From the NCBI GenBank assembly GCA_001443495.1, contig LDXR01000006.1:11059-75058 (forward strand): a DNA stretch of 64,000 nucleotides, in the 5' to 3' direction. Origin of the DNA: a candidate division NC10 bacterium CSP1-5. GTDB lineage: Bacteria; Methylomirabilota; Methylomirabilia; Methylomirabilales; CSP1-5. Within the stretch, counting starts at the first letter, position 1. Every line of letters starts with the position of its first letter. The position numbers were made by a program, and so were the translations under genes. Positions 11,073 through 19,518 of the stretch are shown piece by piece. Below the pieces are notes generated by a model. The model was not told the DNA's origin and did not search any database. It worked only from the letters and a program-made list of their open reading frames with translations.

Positions 11073-11189
11073 GGTTCAGAGTTTATGGTTCATGGTTCAT
11101 GAAAGTGCGTGGATCCAAAAAAACTTCCTTTCGTTTTGTGTCTTGGCTCTCACCTTCAACCCTGAACCCTGAACTATGAACCATGAACT
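11073..11189. repeat. Heptad-periodic inverted repeat element (4 heptads, 54-nt spacer, 5 complementary heptads)
   Basis: Left arm GGTTCAG AGTTTAT GGTTCAT GGTTCAT (11073-11100); right arm TTCAACC CTGAACC CTGAACT ATGAACC ATGAACT (11155-11189). A 7-bp hairpin GGACCGC-ttc-GCGGTCC (11055-11071) precedes it, and it ends 3 nt before the hisH ATG. Confidence 0.9.
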
Positions 11190-11192
11190 AAC

Positions 11193-11837
11193 ATGATTGC
11201 CATCATCGACAGCGGGATCGCCAATCTGCGGAGCGTCGAGAAGGGATTCGAGAAGGTAGGGGTCCCTGCCCGCGTGGTCAGGGAGCCTCACCTGCTCCGG
11301 GACGCGGCAGGAATCGTGCTGCCGGGGGTGGGGGCGTTTGCCGACGGGGTCGCGACACTGGAGAAGACAGGATTCATCGATCCGCTGCTCCGGGAGATCG
11401 AATCCCGGAAGCCGATCCTCGGGATCTGTCTCGGTCTACACTTTCTCTTTTCGGAGAGTGAGGAGTTCGGCCTCCACAAGGGCCTTGATCTTGTCCGAGG
11501 CCGGGTGCGTCGCTTCCCCCATGTTGCTCAGTCCTCAGAGCTGAGTCCTCAGTCCTGGGTTTTGAAGGTGCCTCATATGGGGTGGAACCGGGTGCATCTG
11601 ACCAGAGAGGCGCCGATCATGCAAGGGATCCCGGACGGCTCCTACTTTTACTTCGTGCACTCGTACTACGTGGAACCCGAAGATACAGGCGTCATCGCCG
11701 GCGTCACCGAATACGGGATCCCTTTCACCTCCATGATCTGGCGAGACAACCTCTTTGCCACCCAGTTTCATCCGGAAAAGAGCCAGGCCTTGGGCCTTCA
11801 GGTCCTTGCTAATTTTGGCCGACTGGTCGCCGGCTAG
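11193..11837 (+). CDS. hisH: Imidazole glycerol phosphate synthase, glutaminase subunit HisH
   Basis: MIAIIDSGIANLRSV N-terminus, nucleophile Cys in ILGICLGLH, PHMGWN, FHPEKS. No SD upstream because a repeat arm ends 3 nt before the ATG. Confidence 0.93.
   Translation: MIAIIDSGIANLRSVEKGFEKVGVPARVVREPHLLRDAAGIVLPGVGAFADGVATLEKTGFIDPLLREIESRKPILGICLGLHFLFSESEEFGLHKGLDLVRGRVRRFPHVAQSSELSPQSWVLKVPHMGWNRVHLTREAPIMQGIPDGSYFYFVHSYYVEPEDTGVIAGVTEYGIPFTSMIWRDNLFATQFHPEKSQALGLQVLANFGRLVAG
11526..11560 (+). repeat. Tandem heptads inside hisH (GCTCAGT CCTCAGA GCTGAGT CCTCAGT CCTGGGT)
   Basis: Five in-phase 7-nt units read directly from the sequence; they encode the AQSSELSPQS segment. Confidence 0.6.
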
Positions 11838-11840
11838 AGC

Positions 11841-11908
11841 TGTCGGCAGTCGGCTATCGGCGGTCAGCTTTTTTGGAGGAGTCCCGTGCTGACGGCTGAC
11901 AGCTGTGG
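11841..11908. repeat. Variant heptad hairpin: (NGTCGGC)x4 - T6 - SD - (GCTGACN)x3
   Basis: TGTCGGC AGTCGGC TATCGGC GGTCAGC (11841-11868), TTTTTT, GGAGGAG, then GCTGACG GCTGACA GCTGTGG (11888-11908), the complement of the GGTCAGC unit. Confidence 0.8.
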
Positions 11909-12656
11909 AGCCATCGCCATGTTGATCATTCCCGCGATCGATGTGAAGAACGGGCGCGCGGTCCGCCTCACCCAGGGGGATCCGGCTCGCGAGACGGTGT
12001 ACGGGGAGGACCCTGTGGCGGTCGCCAGGGCGTGGGAGGACCGAGGGGCGCCACGCCTGCACGTGGTCGACCTGGACGGGGCCTTCGCCGGGACCCCCAA
12101 GCAGGGCGCGCTGATCGGGGCAGTGGCGCGGTCGGTCACGATTCCGGTCCAGGCGGGGGGTGGCCTCAGAACCGTGGAATCGGTTGGGGCGGCCTTTGAG
12201 GCCGGTGTCGCCCTGGCGGTGGTCGGCACCTCCGCGATTCGGGACCCGCATTTTCTGGAGCAGATCTCTGCAGCCTATCCGAGGCGAATCATCCTCGCCC
12301 TGGATGCCAAGGAGGGAAGGGTGGCCATCGAGGGGTGGCGGGAACTTTCGGACCATTCGGTGACGGACGTGCTAGAAAGAGTCGCTTCGCTGGAGTTGGC
12401 GGCGATCCTCTATACCGATATCCTGAAGGATGGGACATTGGAGGGACCCAATTTCGAGGGACTGGAAACGATGGCGAGGCAAAGCCGGCACCCGGTTCTC
12501 GCCTCAGGGGGCATCGCCCGCCTGGACGACATTCGCCGGCTCCGCACCATCGCAGGCGTGGCGGGGGCCATCCTGGGCAAGGCCCTGTACAGCGGCGCGG
12601 TCACGCTCGAGACGGCGCTCGCCGTGGCGGCAGGGGAGACGGTTCGTCGATGCTAG
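11886..12656 (+). CDS. hisA: ProFAR isomerase HisA
   Basis: [17 protein letters not shown] core begins at ATG 11919. GTG 11886 lies 4 nt after a strong SD (GGAGGAG) and would add 11 aa encoded by repeat heptads, so the start is ambiguous. Confidence 0.9.
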   Translation: MLTADSCGAIAMLIIPAIDVKNGRAVRLTQGDPARETVYGEDPVAVARAWEDRGAPRLHVVDLDGAFAGTPKQGALIGAVARSVTIPVQAGGGLRTVESVGAAFEAGVALAVVGTSAIRDPHFLEQISAAYPRRIILALDAKEGRVAIEGWRELSDHSVTDVLERVASLELAAILYTDILKDGTLEGPNFEGLETMARQSRHPVLASGGIARLDDIRRLRTIAGVAGAILGKALYSGAVTLETALAVAAGETVRRC

Positions 12657-13471
12657 CGAAGCGGATCATCCCCTGCCTTGATGTCAAGGATGGCCGGGTG
12701 GTGAAGGGGACCAGGTTCGTGGACCTGAGAGACGCGGGCGATCCAGCCGAGGTGGCTGAGCGGTACGATCGCGAGGGAGCCGACGAGCTGGTCTTCCTCG
12801 ACATCACCGCATCGGCGGAGCGCCGCAAGATCCTGATCGGGGTCGTCGAGCAGACAGCCGAACGGGCCTTCACCCCTCTCACGGTCGGGGGCGGCATCCG
12901 GGATCTGAAGGACATCCGCGCCCTCCTCCTGGCCGGGGCGGACAAGGTCTCTCTCAATACGGCGGCGGTAGAGAATCCGAGCCTCATCCGAGGGGCAGCG
13001 GAGCGATTCGGCAGTCAGTGCATCGTACTCGCCATCGACGCCAAACGCCGTCCGTTCAGGGTTCAGGGTTCAGGGTTCAGAGAAGGACCGAACCATGAAC
13101 CATCCACCATGAACTCTGAACTGACCTGGGAGGTGTACATCCACGGCGGTCGCACACCCACAGGTTTGGATGTGGTGGCCTGGGCAGAGCGGGGAGTGGC
13201 GTCGGGATCGGGGGAGATTCTCCTGACCAGCATGGACCGAGATGGAACCCGCGACGGGTACGATCTAGAACTGACGCGCGCGGTCGCTAGGCGCGTCGGT
13301 GTACCCGTGATCGCCTCGGGGGGGGCCGGGACGATGGAGCATCTGTACGAGGCCCTTGTCGAGGGGGGGGCCGATGCGGCCCTTGCCGCCTCTATCTTCC
13401 ATTTCCGGGAGATTTCTATCGGTGAGGCCAAGGCGTACCTGAAGGGGCGTGGGATCCCCGTCCGCTTGTGA
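12650..13471 (+). CDS. hisF: Imidazole glycerol phosphate synthase, cyclase subunit HisF (carries a ~23-aa repeat-encoded insertion)
   Basis: [20 protein letters not shown] start and near-full-length match to canonical HisF. ATG 12650 overlaps the hisA stop; the ORF-table start 12335 is an out-of-context extension. Confidence 0.95.
   Translation: MLAKRIIPCLDVKDGRVVKGTRFVDLRDAGDPAEVAERYDREGADELVFLDITASAERRKILIGVVEQTAERAFTPLTVGGGIRDLKDIRALLLAGADKVSLNTAAVENPSLIRGAAERFGSQCIVLAIDAKRRPFRVQGSGFREGPNHEPSTMNSELTWEVYIHGGRTPTGLDVVAWAERGVASGSGEILLTSMDRDGTRDGYDLELTRAVARRVGVPVIASGGAGTMEHLYEALVEGGADAALAASIFHFREISIGEAKAYLKGRGIPVRL
13053..13122. repeat. Heptad-periodic inverted repeat element inside the hisF coding sequence
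   Basis: CGTTCAG plus 3x GGTTCAG (13053-13080), 7-nt loop, CCGAACC ATGAACC ATCCACC ATGAACT CTGAACT (13088-13122). Translated in frame as [23 protein letters not shown]. Confidence 0.9.
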
Positions 13472-13694
13472 GAATGTGTTGGAGCAACGCCTTCGGCCTC
13501 TCGCTCCGGGCCTCTCGCGGCGACCCTGTTCGGCGGCTTACGGCCTGGGTCTCTCCGTGTTCACGATCCATGCAATGAACAGCGGCACGGATCGCGCCTC
13601 GGTTTCCCAGGCCGTCGCCAGCCGAGGGGCCCCGCCGCTTTCGTCCATGTCGCTCGGGGCCTGCAGGCGCTCTTCTTTTTGTTAGTTCGCGTCA

Positions 13695-13715
13695 TCGAAC
13701 CGTGAACTGTGAACC
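13695..13715. repeat. Right-arm-type heptad array (TCGAACC GTGAACT GTGAACC) abutting the hisIE start
   Basis: Three in-phase units ending 2 nt before ATG 13718. A single TTCG/CGAA partner lies at 13686, and an isolated TGTTCA-N12-TGAACA pair at 13558-13581. Confidence 0.75.
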
Positions 13716-13717
13716 AC

Positions 13718-14449
13718 ATGGGGGCTATCGTGGCGAAAGGACCTGGCAAGCTGAAGTTTAGCAAGGACGGCTTGATACCGGCCATCGCCCAGGATGCCAG
13801 AAGCGGCCAGGTGTTGATGATGGCCTACATGAACCGGGAGGCCCTCCGACAGACCGTCGAGACCGGCTTCGCACACTACTACAGCCGGTCGCGGGGTCGG
13901 CTCTGGAAGAAGGGCGAAGAGTCGGGCCATGTGCAGCGGGTCGGAGAGGTCCGCGTTGACTGCGACGGCGATGCCCTCCTCCTCCAGGTGAACCAGCAGA
14001 CGGCCGCGTGTCATCTCGGCTATCGGTCGTGTTTCTTCCGGCGCGTGAAGAGGGACCTCAGCTCCTCCGCCCCGGTCATGGAGCAGGTCTTTCGGCCCGA
14101 GGCGGTCTACGGGCCCTCGTCTCATATCCTCGACACGGTCTATCGGACCATTCTGGAGCGCAAGAAGCGGCGGCCGCCGGGTTCGTACGTGGCCTCCCTC
14201 TTCCAGCAGGGGGAGGAGCAGATCCTCAGGAAGATCGCCGAGGAGGCCTCCGAGGTCCTCTTGAGTGTCAAGGGGGGCCGGCGCCAGGCGATCGTCCATG
14301 AGGTGGTAGACCTCTGGTTTCACACGATGGTCCTTCTCGGGGCATACGGCATCACGTTGGATCAGCTGTGGGGGGAGTTCCAGGCACGGGTGGGGAAAAG
14401 GAAGAAGGAATACACGAAGAGGCGTGCGAGGCGCCGAAAAAGGAATTGA
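13718..14449 (+). CDS. hisIE: Bifunctional phosphoribosyl-AMP cyclohydrolase / phosphoribosyl-ATP pyrophosphatase
   Basis: HisI half (GLIPAIAQD..., [20 protein letters not shown]) and HisE half (EEASEVL..., EVVDLWFH). Unusual Lys/Arg-rich C-terminal tail. Confidence 0.9.
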   Translation: MGAIVAKGPGKLKFSKDGLIPAIAQDARSGQVLMMAYMNREALRQTVETGFAHYYSRSRGRLWKKGEESGHVQRVGEVRVDCDGDALLLQVNQQTAACHLGYRSCFFRRVKRDLSSSAPVMEQVFRPEAVYGPSSHILDTVYRTILERKKRRPPGSYVASLFQQGEEQILRKIAEEASEVLLSVKGGRRQAIVHEVVDLWFHTMVLLGAYGITLDQLWGEFQARVGKRKKEYTKRRARRRKRN

Positions 14450-14474
14450 CAGGAAAACACGTATGATTTAGATT
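14446..14474 (+). promoter_or_regulatory. Sigma70-type promoter for rpsU operon (TTGACA-17-TAGATT)
   Basis: Perfect -35 overlapping the hisIE stop, within an AT-rich spacer. Confidence 0.6.
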
Positions 14475-14542
14475 GAAGTTTTAGATGATTTTACTTTCGA
14501 AGAAATGGTCTCATGAAATAGGCGGGTGAGGGGGTGTAGGCG

Positions 14543-14740
14543 GTGACGACGGTACTCGTCCGGGAGGACGAGAGCTTCGAAAGCGCGCTCCGGCGTTTCA
14601 AGAAGCAGGTGGAGAAGGCGGGGGTGCTTTCCGAGATGCGGAAGCGGCAGCATTATGAAAAGCCCAGCGTCCGTCGGAAGAAGAAGGCTCTCGCCGCTCG
14701 GAAAAAGCTGCTCAAGAAGATGCGCATGATGCAGGGGTAG
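14543..14740 (+). CDS. rpsU: 30S ribosomal protein S21
   Basis: 65 aa, [33 protein letters not shown]; GTG start. Confidence 0.93.
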   Translation: MTTVLVREDESFESALRRFKKQVEKAGVLSEMRKRQHYEKPSVRRKKKALAARKKLLKKMRMMQG

Positions 14741-14741
14741 G

Positions 14742-15194
14742 ATGGACTTCACGGACCGCCTCCACCGGGAACTTCAGGCAGCCTTGAAGGCCGGTCGGAA
14801 GGTGGAGGCCTCGACCCTTCGCTTGCTGCTCACCGCCGTCAAGAACCGCGAGGTGGAAAGACGGGGGCAGCTCGGCGAGCCCGAAATCCTGCAGGTCATC
14901 GTCAAGGAATGTAACCAGCGGCGCGAAGCGATCCAGCAGTTCCGTCAAGGACGGCGGGAGGATCTCGCCAGCAAGGAAGAGGCGGAGCTGCAGATCCTCG
15001 AGAAATTCCTGCCCCAGGCGATCTCCCCCGAAGAGCTGTCGACCAAGGTGCGGGAGGCGATTGCCGCGACGGGGGCCAGGTCTGTCAAGGACATGGGAAA
15101 GGTGATGAGCCACCTGATGGCTCAGCTGGCCGGGCGGGCTGACGGAAAGGTGGTTAGCCAGCTGGTGCGGCAGGAGCTTTCGGGGGAAGGATGA
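14742..15194 (+). CDS. yqeY: GatB/YqeY domain protein
   Basis: 150 aa, LKAGRKVEASTLRLLLTAVKNREVE pattern typical of YqeY; starts 1 nt after the rpsU stop. Confidence 0.85.
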   Translation: MDFTDRLHRELQAALKAGRKVEASTLRLLLTAVKNREVERRGQLGEPEILQVIVKECNQRREAIQQFRQGRREDLASKEEAELQILEKFLPQAISPEELSTKVREAIAATGARSVKDMGKVMSHLMAQLAGRADGKVVSQLVRQELSGEG

Positions 15195-15227
15195 GACGTT
15201 CAGGACGGGGCGGCAGGCATCACGGAA

Positions 15228-15264
15228 ATCGAGGGACCCAGCACGGGGTCCCTCGATGTTTTCT
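15228..15264 (+). terminator. Intrinsic terminator after yqeY
   Basis: 12-bp stem ATCGAGGGACCC / GGGTCCCTCGAT, 6-nt loop, then GTTTTCT. Clamped by the outer pair ACGTTCAG (15196) / CTGAACGT (15263). Confidence 0.65.
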
Positions 15265-15278
15265 GAACGTGTGGTGGG

Positions 15279-17669
15279 ATGGATGAGCGCTCCCGCAGCG
15301 GGCTAGAGTTTGTCGGCATCCTCGATGTTCTTCAGGAGGGGGCGGTCACCCCCCTCGGCAAGGAACGCGCGGGTTGCCTTGGGCCGCTTCAGGATGTGAA
15401 GCATGTGCAGGAGGCGCTGGCCGAAGCGGCGGAGGCACAGGCACTCCTGGAGCGGGGCGAGGAGCCTCCTTTCGCCCGGGTGGCCGATATCCGCCCTCAT
15501 CTGATCCAGGCAAGGGTCGAGGGGGCCTCGCTCGATCCGCGCTCCCTCTGGCAGATCTACGAGACACTCCAGGCAGCCCGTCTTCTCAGAGCTTTTTTCC
15601 ACCGAGAGAGGGAGGCGGCGCCGCTCCTCTGGAAGCGGGCGAGCGGTCTCGTTTCCCCCGAGGCCCTCTGCACCGCGATCGCAGAGGCGATTACGCCGGA
15701 GGGGGAGGTTTCGGACGCGGCCAGTCCGGGGCTTGGCCGGGTGCGGCGTGAGCTTCGCGCCCTGCGGGAGGCCATTGTGACGAGGCTCGAGCGCATGCTT
15801 GCCTCCCCGACCTACCAGCCGGCCCTGGCCGAACCCATCATCACGGTGCGCAACGATCGATACGTGATCCCGGTGAAGGCCTCTGCGAAGGGCCGGATCC
15901 GGGGGATCGTTCAGGATCAGTCGGGGAGCGGGCTTACGATTTTTCTGGAGCCGACCCCCGTGGTGGAGATGAACAACCGTCTGCGGATGCTTCTCCGCCG
16001 GGAAGAAGAGGAGGTGACCAATGTCCTCCGGTCCCTGACGGGTGAGGTCGGGCGAAACGCGGAGCGTATCGGGGCAGTGCTGGAGCGTGTGGGCGATCTG
16101 GATCTTCTGATCGCCAAGGGGCGTCTGGCGGTACGCCTGCGGGCGGGAATCCCCCGCGTGACCGAAGAACCTCGCCTGATCCTGCGTCAGGCCCGCCATC
16201 CCTTCCTGGTGCTCAGTCCTGCCCCCGAACAGGTGCCCGATGAGGACGGCACTGAGGCAGCGGGGGGTGCGGTCCCCATTGACCTCGAAGTGGGCGGTGC
16301 CTTCGCCGTGGTCGTCATTTCCGGACCGAATACGGGCGGAAAGACGGTTGCACTCAAGACCGCTGGGCTGCTCACCCTCATGACCTTGTCGGGTCTCCCG
16401 ATCCCGGCCTCTCCAGACAGCCAGGTGCCGTGTTACCGCGCGGTCTTCGCCGACATCGGGGATGAGCAGAGTATTGCAGAAAGCCTGAGCACCTTCTCCT
16501 CCCACATGAGCCAGATCGTCAAGATCCTGGCACGGGCCGGCCCCGAGACCCTGATCCTCCTCGATGAGGTCGGGGCCGGGACCGATCCCTCGGAGGGGGC
16601 CGCTCTCGGCATCGCCATTCTCGAGGCCCTCCGACAGCGAGGGGCTTCGGTGATCGCCACGACCCACCTGGAGGCGGTGAAGGCCTATGCCGCCCTCACG
16701 CCCGGCGTGGAGATTGCCAGTGTCGAGTTCGATCAAGAGCGTCTGACGCCACGGTACTCCATCCGGCTGGGTCTTCCGGGTCAGAGCTACGGGCTGGAGA
16801 TCGCCGGACGCCTTGGTCTGCCGGGGCCGATCTTGGAACAGGCACGTGAGGCCCTCCCCGAGGGGCACCACAAGGCGCACTCCCTCATCGAGGCGCTCGA
16901 GGTGGACCGACGGCACGTGGACGAACTCAGGGCGCGGCTTCAGGAAGAGGTCCAGCGGACCTCGATCCTCACGCGAGAAGCGGAGGAACTTGTGGTGCGG
17001 CTTCGCGAGGCAATGAGCACCCTGAGGCACCGGGCACGGGAGGAAGCGCTGCAGCTCCTCGCCGAAATCCGGCAGCAGGGGGAGGGGCTGATGCGAGCAC
17101 TCCGCGAGCAGGGGGCTCGGCCCGCGGAGGTCCGGGCCTTTCATCAGGGACTTGAGGCCTTGAGGGGGAAGGTCGAGGCGACCGAAGCACCGTCGTGGAG
17201 CGGACCTCGGGTGGCCGCCGAGCTTCGGCCCGGACAATGGGTGAGCGTGGCCGGCCACGAGCAGCATGGGCGGGTCCTGACCGAAGTCTCTGGCCAGGGG
17301 ACCGTAGAGGTTGAGCTGAAAATCGGCAGGGTACCCCTGCCGGTCTCGGCCCTCAGCGTGCTCAGCTCTCCTCCACCGCCTCGGGGAGAGGTGCCGCTCT
17401 TCGTAGAGAAAACCCAGTCCGTCTCCCCGGAGATCAACCTGGTCGGTTGTACCGTGGAGGAGGCCACCCGACGCCTGGACAAGTATCTGGATGGGGCCTT
17501 TGTCGAGGGGGTACGGCAGGTTCGGGTGATTCATGGCAAGGGGACGGGGATTCTCCGGAAAGCGGTGCATACGTATCTGGCGAGCCATCCCCTGGTGGAG
17601 GATTTTCACCTCGCCGAAGTGAATCAAGGGGGGAGCGGCGCGACCATCGCGGTGCTTCAGGATCGATAA
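15279..17669 (+). CDS. mutS2: Endonuclease MutS2 (MutS core plus C-terminal Smr domain)
   Basis: Walker A GPNTGGKT, DEVGAGTDP, long coiled coil, C-terminal Smr (VRVIHGKGTGILR). Confidence 0.93.
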   Translation: MDERSRSGLEFVGILDVLQEGAVTPLGKERAGCLGPLQDVKHVQEALAEAAEAQALLERGEEPPFARVADIRPHLIQARVEGASLDPRSLWQIYETLQAARLLRAFFHREREAAPLLWKRASGLVSPEALCTAIAEAITPEGEVSDAASPGLGRVRRELRALREAIVTRLERMLASPTYQPALAEPIITVRNDRYVIPVKASAKGRIRGIVQDQSGSGLTIFLEPTPVVEMNNRLRMLLRREEEEVTNVLRSLTGEVGRNAERIGAVLERVGDLDLLIAKGRLAVRLRAGIPRVTEEPRLILRQARHPFLVLSPAPEQVPDEDGTEAAGGAVPIDLEVGGAFAVVVISGPNTGGKTVALKTAGLLTLMTLSGLPIPASPDSQVPCYRAVFADIGDEQSIAESLSTFSSHMSQIVKILARAGPETLILLDEVGAGTDPSEGAALGIAILEALRQRGASVIATTHLEAVKAYAALTPGVEIASVEFDQERLTPRYSIRLGLPGQSYGLEIAGRLGLPGPILEQAREALPEGHHKAHSLIEALEVDRRHVDELRARLQEEVQRTSILTREAEELVVRLREAMSTLRHRAREEALQLLAEIRQQGEGLMRALREQGARPAEVRAFHQGLEALRGKVEATEAPSWSGPRVAAELRPGQWVSVAGHEQHGRVLTEVSGQGTVEVELKIGRVPLPVSALSVLSSPPPPRGEVPLFVEKTQSVSPEINLVGCTVEEATRRLDKYLDGAFVEGVRQVRVIHGKGTGILRKAVHTYLASHPLVEDFHLAEVNQGGSGATIAVLQDR

Positions 17670-17718
17670 GGAGAAGTCTCTTCCCGGCTCGGTGCGGGAG
17701 AGGCCGTCGAGGTCCCCT

Positions 17719-19455
17719 ATGGCGTTTATCCCCGAGGAAGTGATTGACCAGGTGCTCAGGACCTCGAACATCGTGGAGGTGATCGAGGGGTACGTTCCAT
17801 TGAAGCAGACCGGAAAATATTACCGAGCCCTCTGCCCCTTCCACACCGAAAAGACCCCGTCCTTCACCGTCAATCCGGAGCGACAGATCTTTTACTGTTT
17901 TGGGTGCGGGGAGGGAGGCGATGTCTTTCGATTCCTGATGCGACGGGAGGGGTTCAGCTTCCCCGACGCGGTTCGCCATCTCGCGGAGCGCGCAGGGATC
18001 CCGGTCCCGGAGCGGGGGCGCCCCCGCGAGGAGGGTCTCCTGAAGCTCTTCGAGCTTCAGCGGCTCGCCTGCGACCACTTCCGAAAGATCCTCAAGGGCC
18101 CGGAGGGAACGGCCGCGCGGGAATATCTGAGCCAGCGGGGAGTGGGGTCCGAGGCCGTGGAGCGCTTCCAGCTCGGCTACGCACCCGCGGAGTGGGATGG
18201 GCTTCTCCGGGAAATCACCAGATTGGGTTTGCCGCCCCGCCAGGTCGAGGCGGCCGGGCTGGCTCTTCCGAGGCAGGGGGGACGGGGATACTACGACCGG
18301 TTTCGGGATCGCCTCATGATCCCCATCTGCGATTCCACGGGAAAGATCGTCGGATTCGGGGGCCGCGCCCTCGGAGAGCAACAGCCCAAGTATATCAATT
18401 CGCCCGAGACGCCCGTCTACAAGAAGGGGGGCCACCTCTACGGGCTACACCTGGCCTCCCGGGCGATCCGGGAGACAAGGGTGGCGTTGGTAGTCGAGGG
18501 ATACTTCGATGCCATCTCCCTGCACAGCGCGGGCTTTCCGCAGACAGTCGCTTCCTTGGGGACGGCCCTGACGACCGACCAGGTGGCCCTGTTGCGCCGC
18601 TATGCCGACAAGGTGACGCTCATCTTTGATCCCGACCCCGCGGGGATCCAGGCCGCCTGGAGAGGACTGGAACTGTTGGTGGCTGAGGAGTTGGGGGTGG
18701 GCGTGGTGATCCTCCCCCACGGGAAAGATCCCGATACCTTCGCCCGGGAGTCCGGCAAGGATGCGCTCCTCACGCAGATTGCGGCGGCTCAGGATGTTGT
18801 CGATTTTCTCCTCAGTCGCGCGGAGGAGCGGACGGGACTGCAGGGGGTGGATGACCAGGCGGCCGCGGCTCGACAGGTCTTGCGCCTTATCGCCCTCATG
18901 CCGGAGGGGGTCCGGAGGGCAAAGTATATCCAGAAGCTCGCAGAGAGGTTGGGGGTCTCCGAGGGATCGGTCCTGGCGGAGCTTCGCCGTCTCGGTTCCC
19001 CCGACTCAACTGTGCCATCAGCCCCGCCGCCGTCGGCGCCGCTGCCGCCGGCGGAAAAGATCTTAATCCAGATCTGCCTCCTCTTTCCGGAGACTCGGCC
19101 CCTGGTGTGGGGAGCCATCCGGGAGGAGGAGCTTTCGGCATCCTCTCTGCGGTCGATCTATGGGGTCCTTCGAGAGTTCCGGGGCACTGAGGAGAGTTTG
19201 GCCCGGAGCCTCAACCATCATCCGGATCCACTGGTTCGCCAGGTGACGGCAGAGCTGTTCGTCCGGGGCATGGAAGAGTGCGCCGATCCGCATCGGATGG
19301 TGCAGGATTGCCTTCTCCGACTGAAGCTTCGGGAGGTTCAGGCCGAGCTCAAGAGCGCGCGGGAGCAGGGGGATCTTGTTCGGGTGCAGGCGCTTCTCGA
19401 TCAGAAACGGACGCTGACCAGTGGCCGAATTTCGGAAACGGACTATATTAGCTAA
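17719..19455 (+). CDS. dnaG: DNA primase
   Basis: Zinc finger CPFHTEKTPSFTV...CFGCGEGGD and TOPRIM region (LVVEGYFD, DPDPAG). ATG 17719. Confidence 0.95.
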   Translation: MAFIPEEVIDQVLRTSNIVEVIEGYVPLKQTGKYYRALCPFHTEKTPSFTVNPERQIFYCFGCGEGGDVFRFLMRREGFSFPDAVRHLAERAGIPVPERGRPREEGLLKLFELQRLACDHFRKILKGPEGTAAREYLSQRGVGSEAVERFQLGYAPAEWDGLLREITRLGLPPRQVEAAGLALPRQGGRGYYDRFRDRLMIPICDSTGKIVGFGGRALGEQQPKYINSPETPVYKKGGHLYGLHLASRAIRETRVALVVEGYFDAISLHSAGFPQTVASLGTALTTDQVALLRRYADKVTLIFDPDPAGIQAAWRGLELLVAEELGVGVVILPHGKDPDTFARESGKDALLTQIAAAQDVVDFLLSRAEERTGLQGVDDQAAAARQVLRLIALMPEGVRRAKYIQKLAERLGVSEGSVLAELRRLGSPDSTVPSAPPPSAPLPPAEKILIQICLLFPETRPLVWGAIREEELSASSLRSIYGVLREFRGTEESLARSLNHHPDPLVRQVTAELFVRGMEECADPHRMVQDCLLRLKLREVQAELKSAREQGDLVRVQALLDQKRTLTSGRISETDYIS

Positions 19456-19518
19456 ATGGGGTCTTAGGGCGTGCCAGAGGGAAGCATGAAGGATAGATAA
19501 AGGAGGGGAAAGGACGGT

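Noticed and set aside
12335-12649. ORF-table N-terminal extension of hisF (105 extra codons)
   Set aside because: It overlaps hisA in another frame, has Arg/Gly-rich nonsense composition, and canonical HisF begins at [12 protein letters not shown] (ATG 12650).
13476-13577. 33-aa ORF in the hisF-hisIE gap
   Set aside because: Cys/Arg/Ser-rich, with no SD and no motif; most likely non-coding.
15303-17771. 822-aa ORF on the minus strand
   Set aside because: Antisense to mutS2; the same high-GC artefact. Other long minus ORFs (5113-6981, 52073-53815, 43784-45214, 24423-25781) were rejected for the same reason.
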